Shown here one piece after another: positions 52,063-64,000 of a DNA stretch of 64,000 nt (positions are counted from its first letter, which is position 1; each line of letters opens with the position of its first letter). Made by a program: the position numbers and the translations under genes. The notes under the pieces were generated by a model. The model did no database searches, was not told where the DNA came from, and was given only the letters and a program-made list of their open reading frames with translations. The stretch comes from Octopus sinensis (taxonomy: Eukaryota): contig NC_042999.1 in assembly GCF_006345805.1 (NCBI RefSeq), positions 31,744,001-31,808,000 on the forward strand. The letters are read 5' to 3'.

Positions 52063-52764
52063 GTACCCATAATGATATACTCAGAGACAGCAAAGAATCA
52101 GGAATTTTGAAGTATACTTTTACAACCAAAACACACATAGACGTCTCGCAAACTAACCACAAACATGAAATAAATATCGTGAAATAAAAATCTGGTAAGC
52201 TTGAATTAAAGGAAAAATCCTGATTATGCTACGAATATCTCTAGCCATAAGATGTTCGCTGAAGGTACATACACCAAAATTTATTACAGGACGTGTTTGT
52301 TATAGGCCAACTGATATTAAACAGGAATATTTTTTTTAGAAAATACTTCTAATATATTTGATTCTTTGCATATTTCCATTTCAGAATATGTTTCTTTAGT
52401 TTAATATTATAAAAGTAATTGAACTTCCGTATTATCATTAAAAAATTATGTCATTTAATATGTGTGTGTGTGCTTGCGTGTGTGTTTGTGCTTCTGTGCG
52501 TGTGTTTGCCAGCGCGCACGATAACAATTCAAAGCCTGGTGAGTCAACTACCGATTCGTTTTCAAGAAAAGAGAACTGTGACAAAATACATAAATGCGAT
52601 CCTGATGTATCATTGTAACGGTTTTTTGTCATGTTCTAGTTGTTAATAATCTCGCAAATGTTTACCTGGATTAAAATCACACGAGGGACACAAACACAAG
52701 TAATGGCAATTATAGTAAGCATCCATACTTAGTATACAGACACTTGCCATATATATATATGCAA

Positions 52765-53042
52765 ACCGGCACTCCGTCGGTTACGACGACTAGTGTTCCG
52801 GCAACAAAGTAGCTTTACAGACGCGTGTCACTGTAACATAATTCCCCGGGAAATTCAACGAGACACGGGATGTGATAAGGCTGGTCCTTCGATATACAGC
52901 TTCGCCTCAGGTTTGCCAGGAGAGTAGACTGGAACAATGTGAAATAACTTGCCTTATTCAAGGAAAAAACGCCCTGCTGTGTGTAGACCGCACGACCTTA
53001 CGATCGTAACCCAAATACCCTAACCACTAAGCCATGAGCCTT
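52765..53042 (-). mobile_element. tRNA-headed SINE (28119-28437 family)
   Basis: Reverse complement starts atggcttagtggttagggtatttgggttacgatcgtaagg and ends gtcgtaaccgacggagt. Confidence 0.8.
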
Positions 53043-53389
53043 CATACATACACACGCCTGTATTCATAAAAGATGATGGGCCTAAAATTCATAGTTTTTT
53101 GTCTCCTTTTTGCAAAGACAGATTGATGAATTTCTGAGCAGTCATCGGTTTTGGAGAGTGTAAAGATACGCTTGAGTTGTAGTTGAGGAAGCCTGGAAGC
53201 CAATTGATTTCGTCTAAGTATCGAATTCCCCCTAATTTGCTGCTGCTTAATTCTCTGTGAACGTTGTAAAATATGGAATGTGCGACATTGATAAAAGCAA
53301 AGGAGTTTATAAAGGTGGGATCAGCAGGAAGTGGCACAGCAGGTTTTCTGGCAACGTCTTTGCGCTGGAATTTATCCACCATCTCTGAA

Positions 53390-53770
53390 CAGACGATGCT
53401 AGAGATAATAGTCAAACCCTATCTGGAGAGATATGCTGCCTAAAGTCAATATGCGTGGCAGCAGATTTCGACTCCTTGTCATTATTCTGGGAAGAGCCAA
53501 AAGTCATTGTCAGAGAAATTCTATATCATCAACTGCCCCGATGTCTGAATACCTAATTCCACTGATTGTAATCCTACTGATTGCTATATACAAACATCAT
53601 TGAGGAAGACACCAATCGCTCTATTTGCAGCGCCAGAACCAATTTGTAGCCAAGATCTTGGAGATGTTCAAAGACTTTCCCAGGGAAAGAGTGAAAGAGG
53701 CAAGCGACAGGTTCCAGAGCTGTTCTCAGGCCGTGCTGGAGGCTGAATTCAGCTATAATCGCCCAGCTTT
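53390..53770 (+). mobile_element. maT/DD37D-like transposase C-terminal relic
   Basis: MLEIIVKPYLERYAA..YAWQQISTPCH..PNSTDCNPTDCY matches WQQDSAPCH / WPPNSPDCNPLDY. Confidence 0.75.
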
Positions 53771-54465
53771 AATCTAAGTGATAGTTTTTTCATCACTAAA
53801 AATAGTCTTATCTTTGAATGGGATAATTTGTTTTCTTTTCCCTTTCTGGAAACTGACGTTTATCCAGATCGTCCTTTATGTACGGTATACTTATATAGGA
53901 TTTTCTGGAAATACAAATTCCATGAAAATAGTAGAGTCATATTGATGTTCTTTTGTTTTATTTCTTTTCTTTGCCGCAAAATAATCGGATGTGAACGTAC
54001 AGAAATTTGGAAACCTAAATTAGAAAGTTAACTCTATGAGTTAACTAATTGACAAGAACTTATGGAATGTAAGTGAAATAATCTGGAATTAGCAACTTGC
54101 TTTATATTCCTTTATTAGTTTTGTATTGTATCTCAGATCTGTCGCACTTCCAATTACATTCTGTTTTGTCTCCTCTAATATTTGGAAAGCACATTATATT
54201 CGGATATATATCGTAACATGACAACTAATTTTTCATAACATACTCAAAGAATGATAACACCGTAGAAATAATAGACCGTAGCTATTGTACATCAACATAG
54301 TTGTCGTCGTCTTCATCGCCATCATCATCATCTTCATCATCCTCATCATCATCATCACCACCAAGAACAACAACATCCTTTCCTCATTCCCTCCTACTCC
54401 TCATATTATTATTATTATTACTATTCTTCTTCTTCTTCTTTTTCTTCTTCTTCTTCTTCTTCTTC

Positions 54466-54499
<34 letters not shown>

Positions 54500-54504
54500 C
54501 ATTG

Positions 54505-54918
54505 GCTTTGCACAGCTTCTAACGCTTGAGATGTTCTATGGTGCCAGCTGTTCATTGCCAGTGAACTAGAACAAAATCCCTTCTATATCGAGAAACTTCC
54601 GGATTATTCGAGCGGTTCCAAGCAGTGCTTTTTTCTGCAAGTACTCCATCCTTAGTCCAGGCCGTATTTGCTCCATGTAGTTCTCAAAATTTTTACTGAT
54701 TGTTCCCAGGGCTCCGACAATTATTGGTACTACTACCACCTTTTTACTTCGACCAGAACTGCTTAACCTCCTAAGCTAACCTGTCATATCTATCTACTTT
54801 TCTGTTTTCCTTATCGTATAAATTGTTGTCAGCTTGGCATGCTATGTCTATGATCCAGCATAGTTTGCTTTCTTTCTCTATTAAGACTGTCTGGCTTCCT
54901 CTTTTCTATCTCATGGTC
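54505..54918 (-). mobile_element. R4/Dong-clade REL endonuclease + 3' UTR fragment, third subfamily
   Basis: DHEIEKRKPD..CWIIDIACQAD..KENRKVDRY..VPIIVGALG..ALLGTARIIRK; different 3' UTR ending GCAAAGCC(AAT)n; both flanks (AAT)n on sense strand. Confidence 0.85.
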
Positions 54919-55099
54919 ATTATTATTATTATTAATGTTATTATTATTATTATTATTATTATTATCATCATCATCATCGTCATCATCATCATCATCATCA
55001 TCATCATTTGGGCACCTGGCACCTTAAAAATTTCAGGTGATCACAGCAATCTAATAGACGGCCAATATGATCGGTGGATATTCCGCTTTAGCAATATAT

Positions 55100-56065
55100 A
55101 GAAGTTCAGTTGCGGTGAAGTGCGACGACGTTCTCGGAGAGCCTCTGGGCGTCGACGAAAATGAACTCCTTAGTCTGCTCCGGTGTCTAGTCTTACCGGT
55201 CGGGATATATCATGGATATTTTCCTATATGACCTCGGCCTGAGAGAGCTACGGATGGGACGCTTCCGGTTCGAGATAATCTCAACAGACTCGGATGTACA
55301 GTCAGATAGGCTTGTCCATGATGCACCCTGAGTTACGAAACCGTTTTGCACTGTCTTTCAGGTTCCGAGCATTACTGACATCTGTGATTATATGGAACAT
55401 CTGCTGTCACTTGTGTAACGGATCCGACTATCAGACGAGTTCATATCGATGATTGCCACGGGGCCCCCCTTTAATCAGACAGGCAAGTCAATTTTCCTTT
55501 GCCTGGTGGCCGTGGAAACAGAGGTTCTCTGGTGGACGAGGCGGAAAGACAAGAGGATATATACATTACTCTTTGGTAGATGTCTCGATGACATTTTCCA
55601 GTTTCATTTCAAAAGGAAATTGAGCGGTGGAAGGGAAGTAATGACCTCGTGTGAGTTTATTGAAAAGTGGGTGAATGTTGTGAAAATGGCAGGAGTGGAT
55701 AGTACTATATTAACTATCGACCTGTGAATAGGAGAAAGGGACCTGTGAATAGCAGAAAGGGAAATTGAGAGGGCACTTGCCCTTGATGTTGCGGACAATC
55801 TTGGACGGTGGAGATCATCAATTATTCCTAGGTCATCCAGTATCGGGGGAACTACATCATAATTATTTCCCCACTCCTTTTTTTCTTTTTTCTTATCTTT
55901 TAATTTTAAGTTTATTTCCCTTCATTTTCATTGTACATCGTATATACTTCCCCTTTTTTCTGATTTATTTATGATATTGTTTCATTACATGTAAAGCTCC
56001 ATAAGTGTCTGTCTTTGTATTGCCCGCTCCCGATCTCATTCTTCAACCTGATGGCAAATAAATGA
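55100..56065 (+). mobile_element. Tx1/L1-like ORF2 3' fragment with 3' UTR
   Basis: GTLPVRDNLNRLG..ACP*C..ETVLHCL zinc-binding relic; FLCLVAVETEVLWWTR..FHFKRKL..FIEKWVNV; AATAAA near 56057. Confidence 0.7.
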
Positions 56066-56069
56066 AATT

Positions 56070-56405
<336 letters not shown>

Positions 56406-56820
56406 TAGATATTTATAACCCAGTACAATCACTGAACAATGACGTTGAGATTACTTAATCTCTTAAAGTAGTGGAATTAAACGAAATAATTTGTGTGTAA
56501 CTTGACATTCAAGAATTTTAACTTGGAGGAGCCGTTTTCGTATTAGTATTTCGAAATTTATTACGGCTCCAGCATTCCTATTATAAATCCTCACACAGTG
56601 AAATTTTAATCCTTTCATGGTCGCTAAATTAAATAGCAGTAAAGCTATTAGGTTGACACTTGTAATTGTCATGTTAAGTTCTTAAGCAAAATATTATATT
56701 TAATTTTTGCACCATTAGAACATTCTGCGAGTAAGGTTATAGCATCCCTGTCTCCATACAGTTTGTAAGATGGGTAGTGTTCGATGGGCAGTAGAAAACA
56801 GAACAGCGACAGCAACAACC

Positions 56821-56858
<38 letters not shown>

Positions 56859-56876
56859 AATAATAATAATAATAAT

Positions 56877-56927
<51 letters not shown>

Positions 56928-56928
<1 letters not shown>

Positions 56929-57458
56929 GAATAACAACAAAAAAAGATGGTATAGGCACACACCAGAAAAGGTTACAGAAAACGAGAAAGCAACTATACT
57001 CTGGGATATGCCGATACACATAGATAGAGAAATTAAGGCCAACAGACCAGATATAGTTGTCAGAGATCACGAAGAAAAAAAATGCTTTCTAATTGATGTA
57101 TCAATACCGGCAGATGACAACGTGTCTCTAAAAGAAATGGAGAAACTCTCAAAATACAAAGACATGGAAATAGAGGTAACTAGAATGTGGAATCTGAAAA
57201 CAGAAACAATTCCTATCATAGTAGGTGCATTAGGCATGATAAAAAAATATTCAGACAAATACATAACAAAAACACCAGGACTTACAAACACATATATCAT
57301 ACAGAAAATTGCACTACTAGGCACTGCACACATCCTACGCAGAGCACTTTCCATACGATAACAATCAGAGCATCACAACAAATCACAGCACATACCCAAG
57401 GCACACAGAGCTGCGCTCGGTAGTGAAGTGAAAGCACGCTATAAAAATAAAACTACTG
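56928..57458 (+). mobile_element. R4/Dong copy C, 3' fragment (REL domain + UTR)
   Basis: Starts (AAT)n|GGAATAACAAC; ORF 57008-57361 with RPDIVV..LIDVSIP..KEMEK; ends ACTACTG(AAT)4. Confidence 0.95.
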
Positions 57459-57472
57459 AATAATAATAATAA

Positions 57473-60161
57473 CCTGAGATAAAAGAAAAGCTGAAGCAAG
57501 ATATCCTTGTCAAAGCACAAAGGATCCGCCGGTATGAGAAACGCCAGCGCTTCTTTGAACAAAACAAAAAGTTCAACTCCAACCCCAAAAAGTTCTACCA
57601 AGAACTTGGCAAAAATAAAAATAAAATAGAAATCACTGCAGCACCAACGGCAGAAAAAGTGGAAGAATTCTAGAGAGAAATATGGTCGGCGAACGAACAA
57701 CCAAAAAAAAAGAAGTATCAAAACAACAAACTCAGCATCTGAGCAACTTTGGACCCCAATAACAACTGAAGAGGTCACCCAGGCACTGCAAAGACTAAGT
57801 AGCTGGAAGGCACCTGAGCATGACAAGATACCCAACTTCTAGTTGAAATATCTAACAGGAATGCACAAAAAGTTGGCTGAAAACATTAACAGCATGATAG
57901 CAGAGCCAGATACAATGCCTGAATAGCTCACGAAGGGGAAAACCACCTTAATTTCCAAATCAAATGTGACAGCAAAACCAGAAAACTACAGACCAATAAC
58001 CTGTCTCCCTACAATATACAAGGCACTTACTGCAGTGTTATCGCAAAGGTTGAACAAGCACCTGGACGAAAACAACATGTTTCCAGAAGAGCAGAAAGGA
58101 TGCCGCAAAGGCTCATATGGCTGTAAAGATCAACTAATGATTAATAAAGCCATAACTGAAGACAGCCACAGAAAGAAGAAAGCTCTCAGTATGGCCTGGA
58201 TCGATTACAAAAAGGCGTTTGATAGCATCCCCCACACATGGATCCTCGAAACACTAGCCATTAACAAAGTAGCACTAACCCTTATAAAATTCATAGGGCA
58301 CTCTATGAATAAATGGCAAACAGTCCTACAGCTCCAAACAAAAGAGGAACTCATGAAAACCAAAGCCATCCCCATTAGAAGAGGAATATTCCAGGGAGAC
58401 ACTCTCTCTCCACTCCTCTTCTGCTTGGCACTTTCACCTCTATCTGATATGCTAAATAGAACTGGATGCGGATATAAATGTTACGCCAAAACGATCGGCC
58501 ACCATTTATATATGGATGACCTAAAACTATACGCTGCAAATGACAAACAGCTGGAAACAGTATTAAAGATAGTCCATGGATTTACCAAAGAAAGAGAAAT
58601 GAAATTTGGATTTGAAAAATGCGCCCAAGTAACCATGAAAAGAGGGAACCTAGTTAACATCACACTAGATAAAACCAATGAAATAAAAGCCAAACTTACA
58701 AATACTTAGGAATCCATGAACTAGATAAGACCCAACACACACAAATGAAAGAGAAAATAAAAAAAGAATATTATAGACGAGTTAGATCAATACTAAAAAC
58801 AGAGCTCAATGCTAAAAACAAGATAATAGGTATCAACACTTTAGCTGTCCCAGTTATAAGTTACAGCTACAATATCCTTAACTGGACACTAAATGAACTG
58901 ACCAAAATAGATAGGAAAACAAGAAAAATAATGACAGGGTCTAGGATGCATCACCCAAAATCTGACATAGAAAGACTATATATACAGCGTATAGAAGGTG
59001 GTGGAGGCCTTATACAGCTGGAAAACTACTATAAAATAACCACCATAGGACTGCAAAAACATCTACTTCAGAAGGAAGGAAAACTGATACAAATAGCGGC
59101 AGAACACGAGCAAAACAAAAAACTGTTCTCAGTATTTAAGGAAGCTGACAAATACAAACAAGAAATCATACCACCTAATAAATATGAAGAAGAAGAAGAA
59201 GAAGATGAAGAAGAGGAAAATGAAGAAACAACAAAAGCTATAAAACAAATGAAATCCAAACTAAAAACAGAACAGCAACGAACCATGATAAAACGATGGC
59301 AATAAAAGCCCCTTCATGGTAAATACTGGACAAAACTAAACGCAAAACAAATAGACAAAGAAAAATCCCAGCAATGGTTGAGAAGCTCAGGACTCAAAGC
59401 AGAAACAGATGGATTTTTAATTGCAGCAAAATACCAAAGCCTCCCCACCAGAAATTACCAAAAACATGTTTTGAAAAGAAATATAACAAATAACTGCAGA
59501 ATATGTGGAGATGGACAAGAAACAATAAATCATATTATCTCTGGCTGTCCAATCCTAGCTAAGAAGGAATATATTCACAGACATGACAAAGTTGGAACCT
59601 ACATACACTGGAAGCTATGCCAACATTATGGAATAACAACCGAAAAAAGATGGTATAGGCACACACCAGAAAAGGTCACAGAAAACGAGAAAGCAACCAT
59701 ACTCTGGGATATGCCGATACACACAGATAGAGAAATTAAGGCCAACAGACCAAATATAGTTGTCAGAGATCATGAAGAAAAAAAATGCTTTCTAATTGAT
59801 GTATCAATACCGGCAGATGACAACGTGTCTCTAAAAGAAATGGAGAAACTCTCAAAATACAAAGACCTGGAAATAAAGGTAACCAGAATGTGGAATCTAA
59901 AAACAGAAACAATTCCTATCATAGTAGGTGCATTGGGCATGATAAAAAAATATTCAGACAAATACATAACAAAAACACCAGGACTTACAAACACATATAA
60001 CATACAGAAAATTGCACTACTAGGCACTGCGCACATCCTACGCAGAACACTTTCCATACAATAACCATCAGAGCATCACGACTAATCACAGCACATACCT
60101 AAGGCACACAGAGCTGCGCTCGGTAGTGAAGTGAAAGCACGCTATAAAAATAAAACTACTG
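57473..60161 (+). mobile_element. R4/Dong copy D, 5'-truncated, multiple stops and frameshifts
   Basis: Fragments 57966-58709 (RT, YMDD), 58745-59305, 59378-60064 (CCHC + REL); ends ACTACTGAATGATAAT. Confidence 0.95.
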
Positions 60162-60189
60162 AATGATAATAATAACAATAATATTAAAT

Positions 60190-60446
60190 CCTCTGATGTA
60201 ATACCAAGCACTAGCTCTCGTGGCTTTTTATCTTCACTGGTACGTGTTTTTGTCTTGGTGTAAAAGATGAGCTATAGCAATTATTCTGCTGAATACCACA
60301 GATTTGCATGTCAGGTATTTTACTACACCCAGTTTTTTGGTGGCTAACGATATGTGCATCACTGATCCCTAGCAGAAGCAGAGGTGGAGTCCCATAGCCA
60401 TGTGCTATTAGGAATTCTTTGGGGATTTCAATAAATCACATCTGGA
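60190..60446 (+). mobile_element. ~550-nt element, old degenerate 5' half
   Basis: ctctgatgtaataccaagcac..gtcttggtgtaaaagatgagcta..ataccacagatttg..gatatgtgcatc aligns to 33166-33450. Confidence 0.75.
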
Positions 60447-61259
60447 TATTTTTTTGTGGTTTATAAGTAATGTTTTTAAATTCACTTTTTTTGGTTATTT
60501 TCCCCACAACGGATGGTGGATTTTTAATTGTATTGAGAGTACAGATCTGGGCATAAATTCATTTTATTTCCCATTCTCAAACTTTAGGTTAATTCTGTTC
60601 TCGGCAATTGAAGTTGCTTGTTTTCTAGTTTTACAAACTTTTTTTGGTTTTACTGAATTTTATATAATTTCCTAAGATTTCTGGGCATTCGTCTGTGAGG
60701 TATCTTTTACTACAAGTAATGTATTAAGTAGACTTTCTTCCCGGTATCCTTAATTTCACGTCCTTAGTCTCATGACCTTCTACTGGGCTGCAATCGCTAT
60801 TTATGTCAGTGTCGTTTAAATTGGTAATGGTGGTGGTGAGAGTGATTGCCTCACTGTTACGGACTATTCTTTCGTGTTCTTTATATTTTTTTACTGCAAG
60901 TTCTGCTGGCACTGGTTCTGGTGATTTGTAATTACAATGGCAAAGCAGCTTTAAGAGTGCTGTACCAATTGATGTTTGCCTATTTGTTTCTAGCTGCCAA
61001 GCATTTCTTTGAATAATATTGTGAGTTCTACATTTCAGGTAATGATATTATGAACATTAAAAAAAAACTAACAAAAAAGTGACAACGACCCACGACTGAT
61101 CAGCTTATCAAATATTCGTCGATACGTAAAACAGAGAAAGCAAATAAAATTTATGGACACCATTTTACCAATGTATATGTTTCTTATAACTAATAGCAAT
61201 AATGATGATAATTATAATAATAATAATAATGATACTAATAATAATTACAAAAATAATAT

Positions 61260-61440
61260 TTTTCACTGGGAGCACAAGGCCTCAAATTTGGGAAAAGGGA
61301 TTACGTCGATTACATCGACGTCAGTGCGTATCTGGTACGCATTTAAGCGACTCCGAATGGAGGAAGAAACAAAGTCGATCACTGCGGAATTTGAACCCAG
61401 AATGTCACACGTATTGAGAAGAGCATTGCCGCTGTAAATT
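61260..61440 (-). mobile_element. Degenerate SINE (14100-14466 family)
   Basis: gcggaatttgaacccagaa, gtcgattacatcgac..ctggtac match that copy. Confidence 0.7.
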
Positions 61441-61731
61441 TCCTTCCCTTTCCCCAACTTCATTTTATTTGTTTATTTTCCTTTATTTCAGGGTTTTCTT
61501 TTTCTTTCTGTCTTCCCCACTTCCTCTCAATCTGAGGTGCTTGTTTTAATGGCCTACCAATTTATGCACTTCATTTCTCTGCTCGGGGTTTCAGAAAGAC
61601 ATTCGCCATGACGGAAACAAACTTGAAAGAAAATACTAGTAATAATGATCTTTTCTTCTCTACGCACAAGACCCAAAGGTTTTGCAGTTACACACACACA
61701 AATATATATATATATATACATACACACACGC

Positions 61732-61768
<37 letters not shown>

Positions 61769-62439
61769 ATTCAGAATAACAAGATAGCCAAAGTGCTGGA
61801 TGATTATATATATTTTTACTTACACCTTTCTTCCGCTATCGGATTCATCGAACATGTGATTTACAGTACGTTTGCTTCGCGTTTTATATCAAACTGAAAC
61901 TGATGATGAATTTAAAATGGAGAGAGAGAGGTAGAGAAGACAGAGGAACAAGTTAAAAAAGAAGGTGAAGGGGTAAGAGGGGAGGAAAACGTGGAAGATA
62001 CTGAAGATAGAGAAAAGAAAAGAAAGTGTGATTTGAGGGTTTATGAAGGAAAGGAAAAGAAAAAGAAAAATGAAAATTTTGAGAGGGAAAGGGAGGTAAT
62101 GGGGGCGTAGCCTCTGTATCAGTGTCGTCAGACTTGTTGTCTTTTTTCCACTTAGTGATCTTTTGGAAGGGATAGAGAAGAAATTTTTGTATTCAAGTAG
62201 TCAAAGTTTTTAATTGGAAAACGAAATTTTATTTTTGATTTTCTCCAGTATGAATTATAATTAAATTCCGAGGTCTTAGTTTTTAATTCTTTTCTATCCA
62301 TTAATATATGGTGGAGAGAATAGTTGTACGGATGTGCACAATTTAGAACAAAAATTTTTAATCAATTTTCCGATGTTATGTTTGGTTTAGCTGTGCACGG
62401 CTATGTTTTTGATAGTGATTTTTAAGTAAATATACTTAC

Positions 62440-63560
62440 TTAAAAATCACTCTGTGAGCATCAGCATATCCCACACTATGGTTGATTTCTCATTTTCTGT
62501 GACTTTTCTTGCGTGTGCCTATACCATTTTTTTCTGTTGTCATCCCTTAGTGTTTGAAGAGCTTGCAGTGTATATAGGACGCAAATCTGTCGTGCCTATG
62601 AATACACTCGTTCTTAGCCGGGACTGGGCAGCCAGAGACAATATGATTTATTGTTTCTTCTCCCTCACCACTTATTCTGCATTTACTCGTATTTCTTTTC
62701 GTTACGTGTTTTCGGTGAGTGCTTTTGGGAAGGATTTGCTCTTGGGCTGCAATTGAAAATCCTTCTAGTTCTAAGTTGAGTTCTGAGCTTCTCAGCCTTT
62801 GTTCGGATTATGATTTTCTACTTCTTTTTCGCTTAGCTAAACCCAATATTTGCCATGAAGTGGCCTTTCTTGCCATCGTTTTATCAAGGTTCGTTGCTAT
62901 TCCCGATTTAGTTTGCATTTCACTTGATTTACAGATTTTGTTGATTCTTCATTAGCTTCATATTTGTTAGCTGACTAAAAAGTGCTGTTATTTGTTTTCT
63001 TCGTGTTTTGTGGCTATCTGTATTAGTTTCCCTTGCTTCTGAATTAGGTACTTCAGTAGTCTTATAGTGGTTATTTTGCAATCGGTTTCTAGCTGTATTA
63101 GGCCTCTACCACCTTCCATCCGTTGTAAATATAGCCTTTCAATAACAGATTTTTTTGGTGGCGCATACTAAATCCTGTCATTATTTTTCTTGATTTCCTG
63201 CCTATTTTGATTAATTCGTTTAGAGGCCACTGAAGAGTATTGTAGCTGTAACTAATTACTTAGATGGCTAGAGTGTTGATGCTAGTTTTTTTGTTTTGTT
63301 TTTCGCATTGAGATGTCCCTTCAGTATCAATCTAATTCATGTATAGTATTTCTTTTTTAGCTTCACTTTTATTTGTGTGCGTTGTATCGTTGTATCGTAT
63401 CTAGTTCATTGATTCCTAAGTATTTGTATGTCTGGATTTGGTCTCATTGTCTTATTTTATTTGCCTTATCTAGTGTGATTTTGCTACTCTTAACTAATCT
63501 TCCACTTATCAAGGTTGCTTTGGCACATTTTTCTAAGCCACATATCATGTTGGCACTCTC
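62440..63560 (-). mobile_element. Old degenerate R4/Dong-clade fragment (RT C-terminus to endonuclease)
   Basis: Colinear with copy A: GLEKCAK, YKYLG, GLIQLE, KPLHGKY, INHIVSGCPVLA, KVTENEK relics with many indels. Confidence 0.8.
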
Positions 63561-63574
63561 ATCATCTTCATTTT

Positions 63575-64000
63575 CCATAGACGGGATATTTCGACACAAT
63601 TATGCTCTCTGTCTCTTTAACTCTTTCTCCTTCCATTCTGGCCCCTCTAAATTTCTCTTCCTTCTTGATATCAAAAGTTTACATAACGTGATCCCACACA
63701 ACGAAGGACATCTTGAACTGAAACACTTTCTAAAACTTCGACCTGACTTCCAACCAGATATCTCCACACTTCTTCGTCTGGCCGAACTTGTTCTTTCCTT
63801 CAAAAGCATTTCGTTCGCTGGTGACTTTTACATCAGGTCTCAGGAATGGCCATGTAAACGAAAATGGGCCCCAACTATGCGAATCTGTTCCTTGGCTACG
63901 TTGAGGCCCAAATATTCTCACAAATCACTGCTCTCATTCCTTAACTATACGGTCGTTATATCGATGACTGTATCGGTGCGACCTCTCTCTCTCCCGCGAA
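63575..64000 (+). mobile_element. Penelope-like element reverse transcriptase fragment, runs off the window edge
   Basis: LDIKSLHNVIPHNEG..LLRLAELVL..QVSGMAM*TKMGPNYANLFLGYVE..YGRYIDDCIG (PLE RT motifs A, B, C). Confidence 0.85.

Overview
AT-rich eukaryotic DNA that is extremely dense in microsatellites and transposons. The repeat families resemble those of coleoid cephalopods (Octopus); this is an inference, not a database result. I could not support any host protein-coding gene, rRNA, functional tRNA or CRISPR array, so the window looks intronic or intergenic. Its dominant feature is a set of R4/Dong-clade non-LTR retrotransposons (RT + CCHC knuckle + PD-(D/E)xK restriction-like endonuclease). 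There are four young copies of one subfamily, one nearly intact, plus three fragments of divergent subfamilies. Wherever a junction is readable, the element lies in an (AAT)n microsatellite with the same polarity. An ORF-less, roughly 550-nt element occurs six times in the same (AAT)n sites with the same polarity and is a candidate non-autonomous partner; two of its copies share an unusual tail-to-internal junction. Also present: several tRNA-headed SINE families, mariner, maT-like and hAT (Buster-type) relics and MITEs, an internally deleted Helitron with both ends, a Gypsy gag relic, a Tx1/L1 3' fragment, a Penelope RT fragment, two Penelope-type hammerhead-like motifs, and a foldback element with a telomere-like core. 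Boundaries were read by eye and are approximate unless a junction is quoted.
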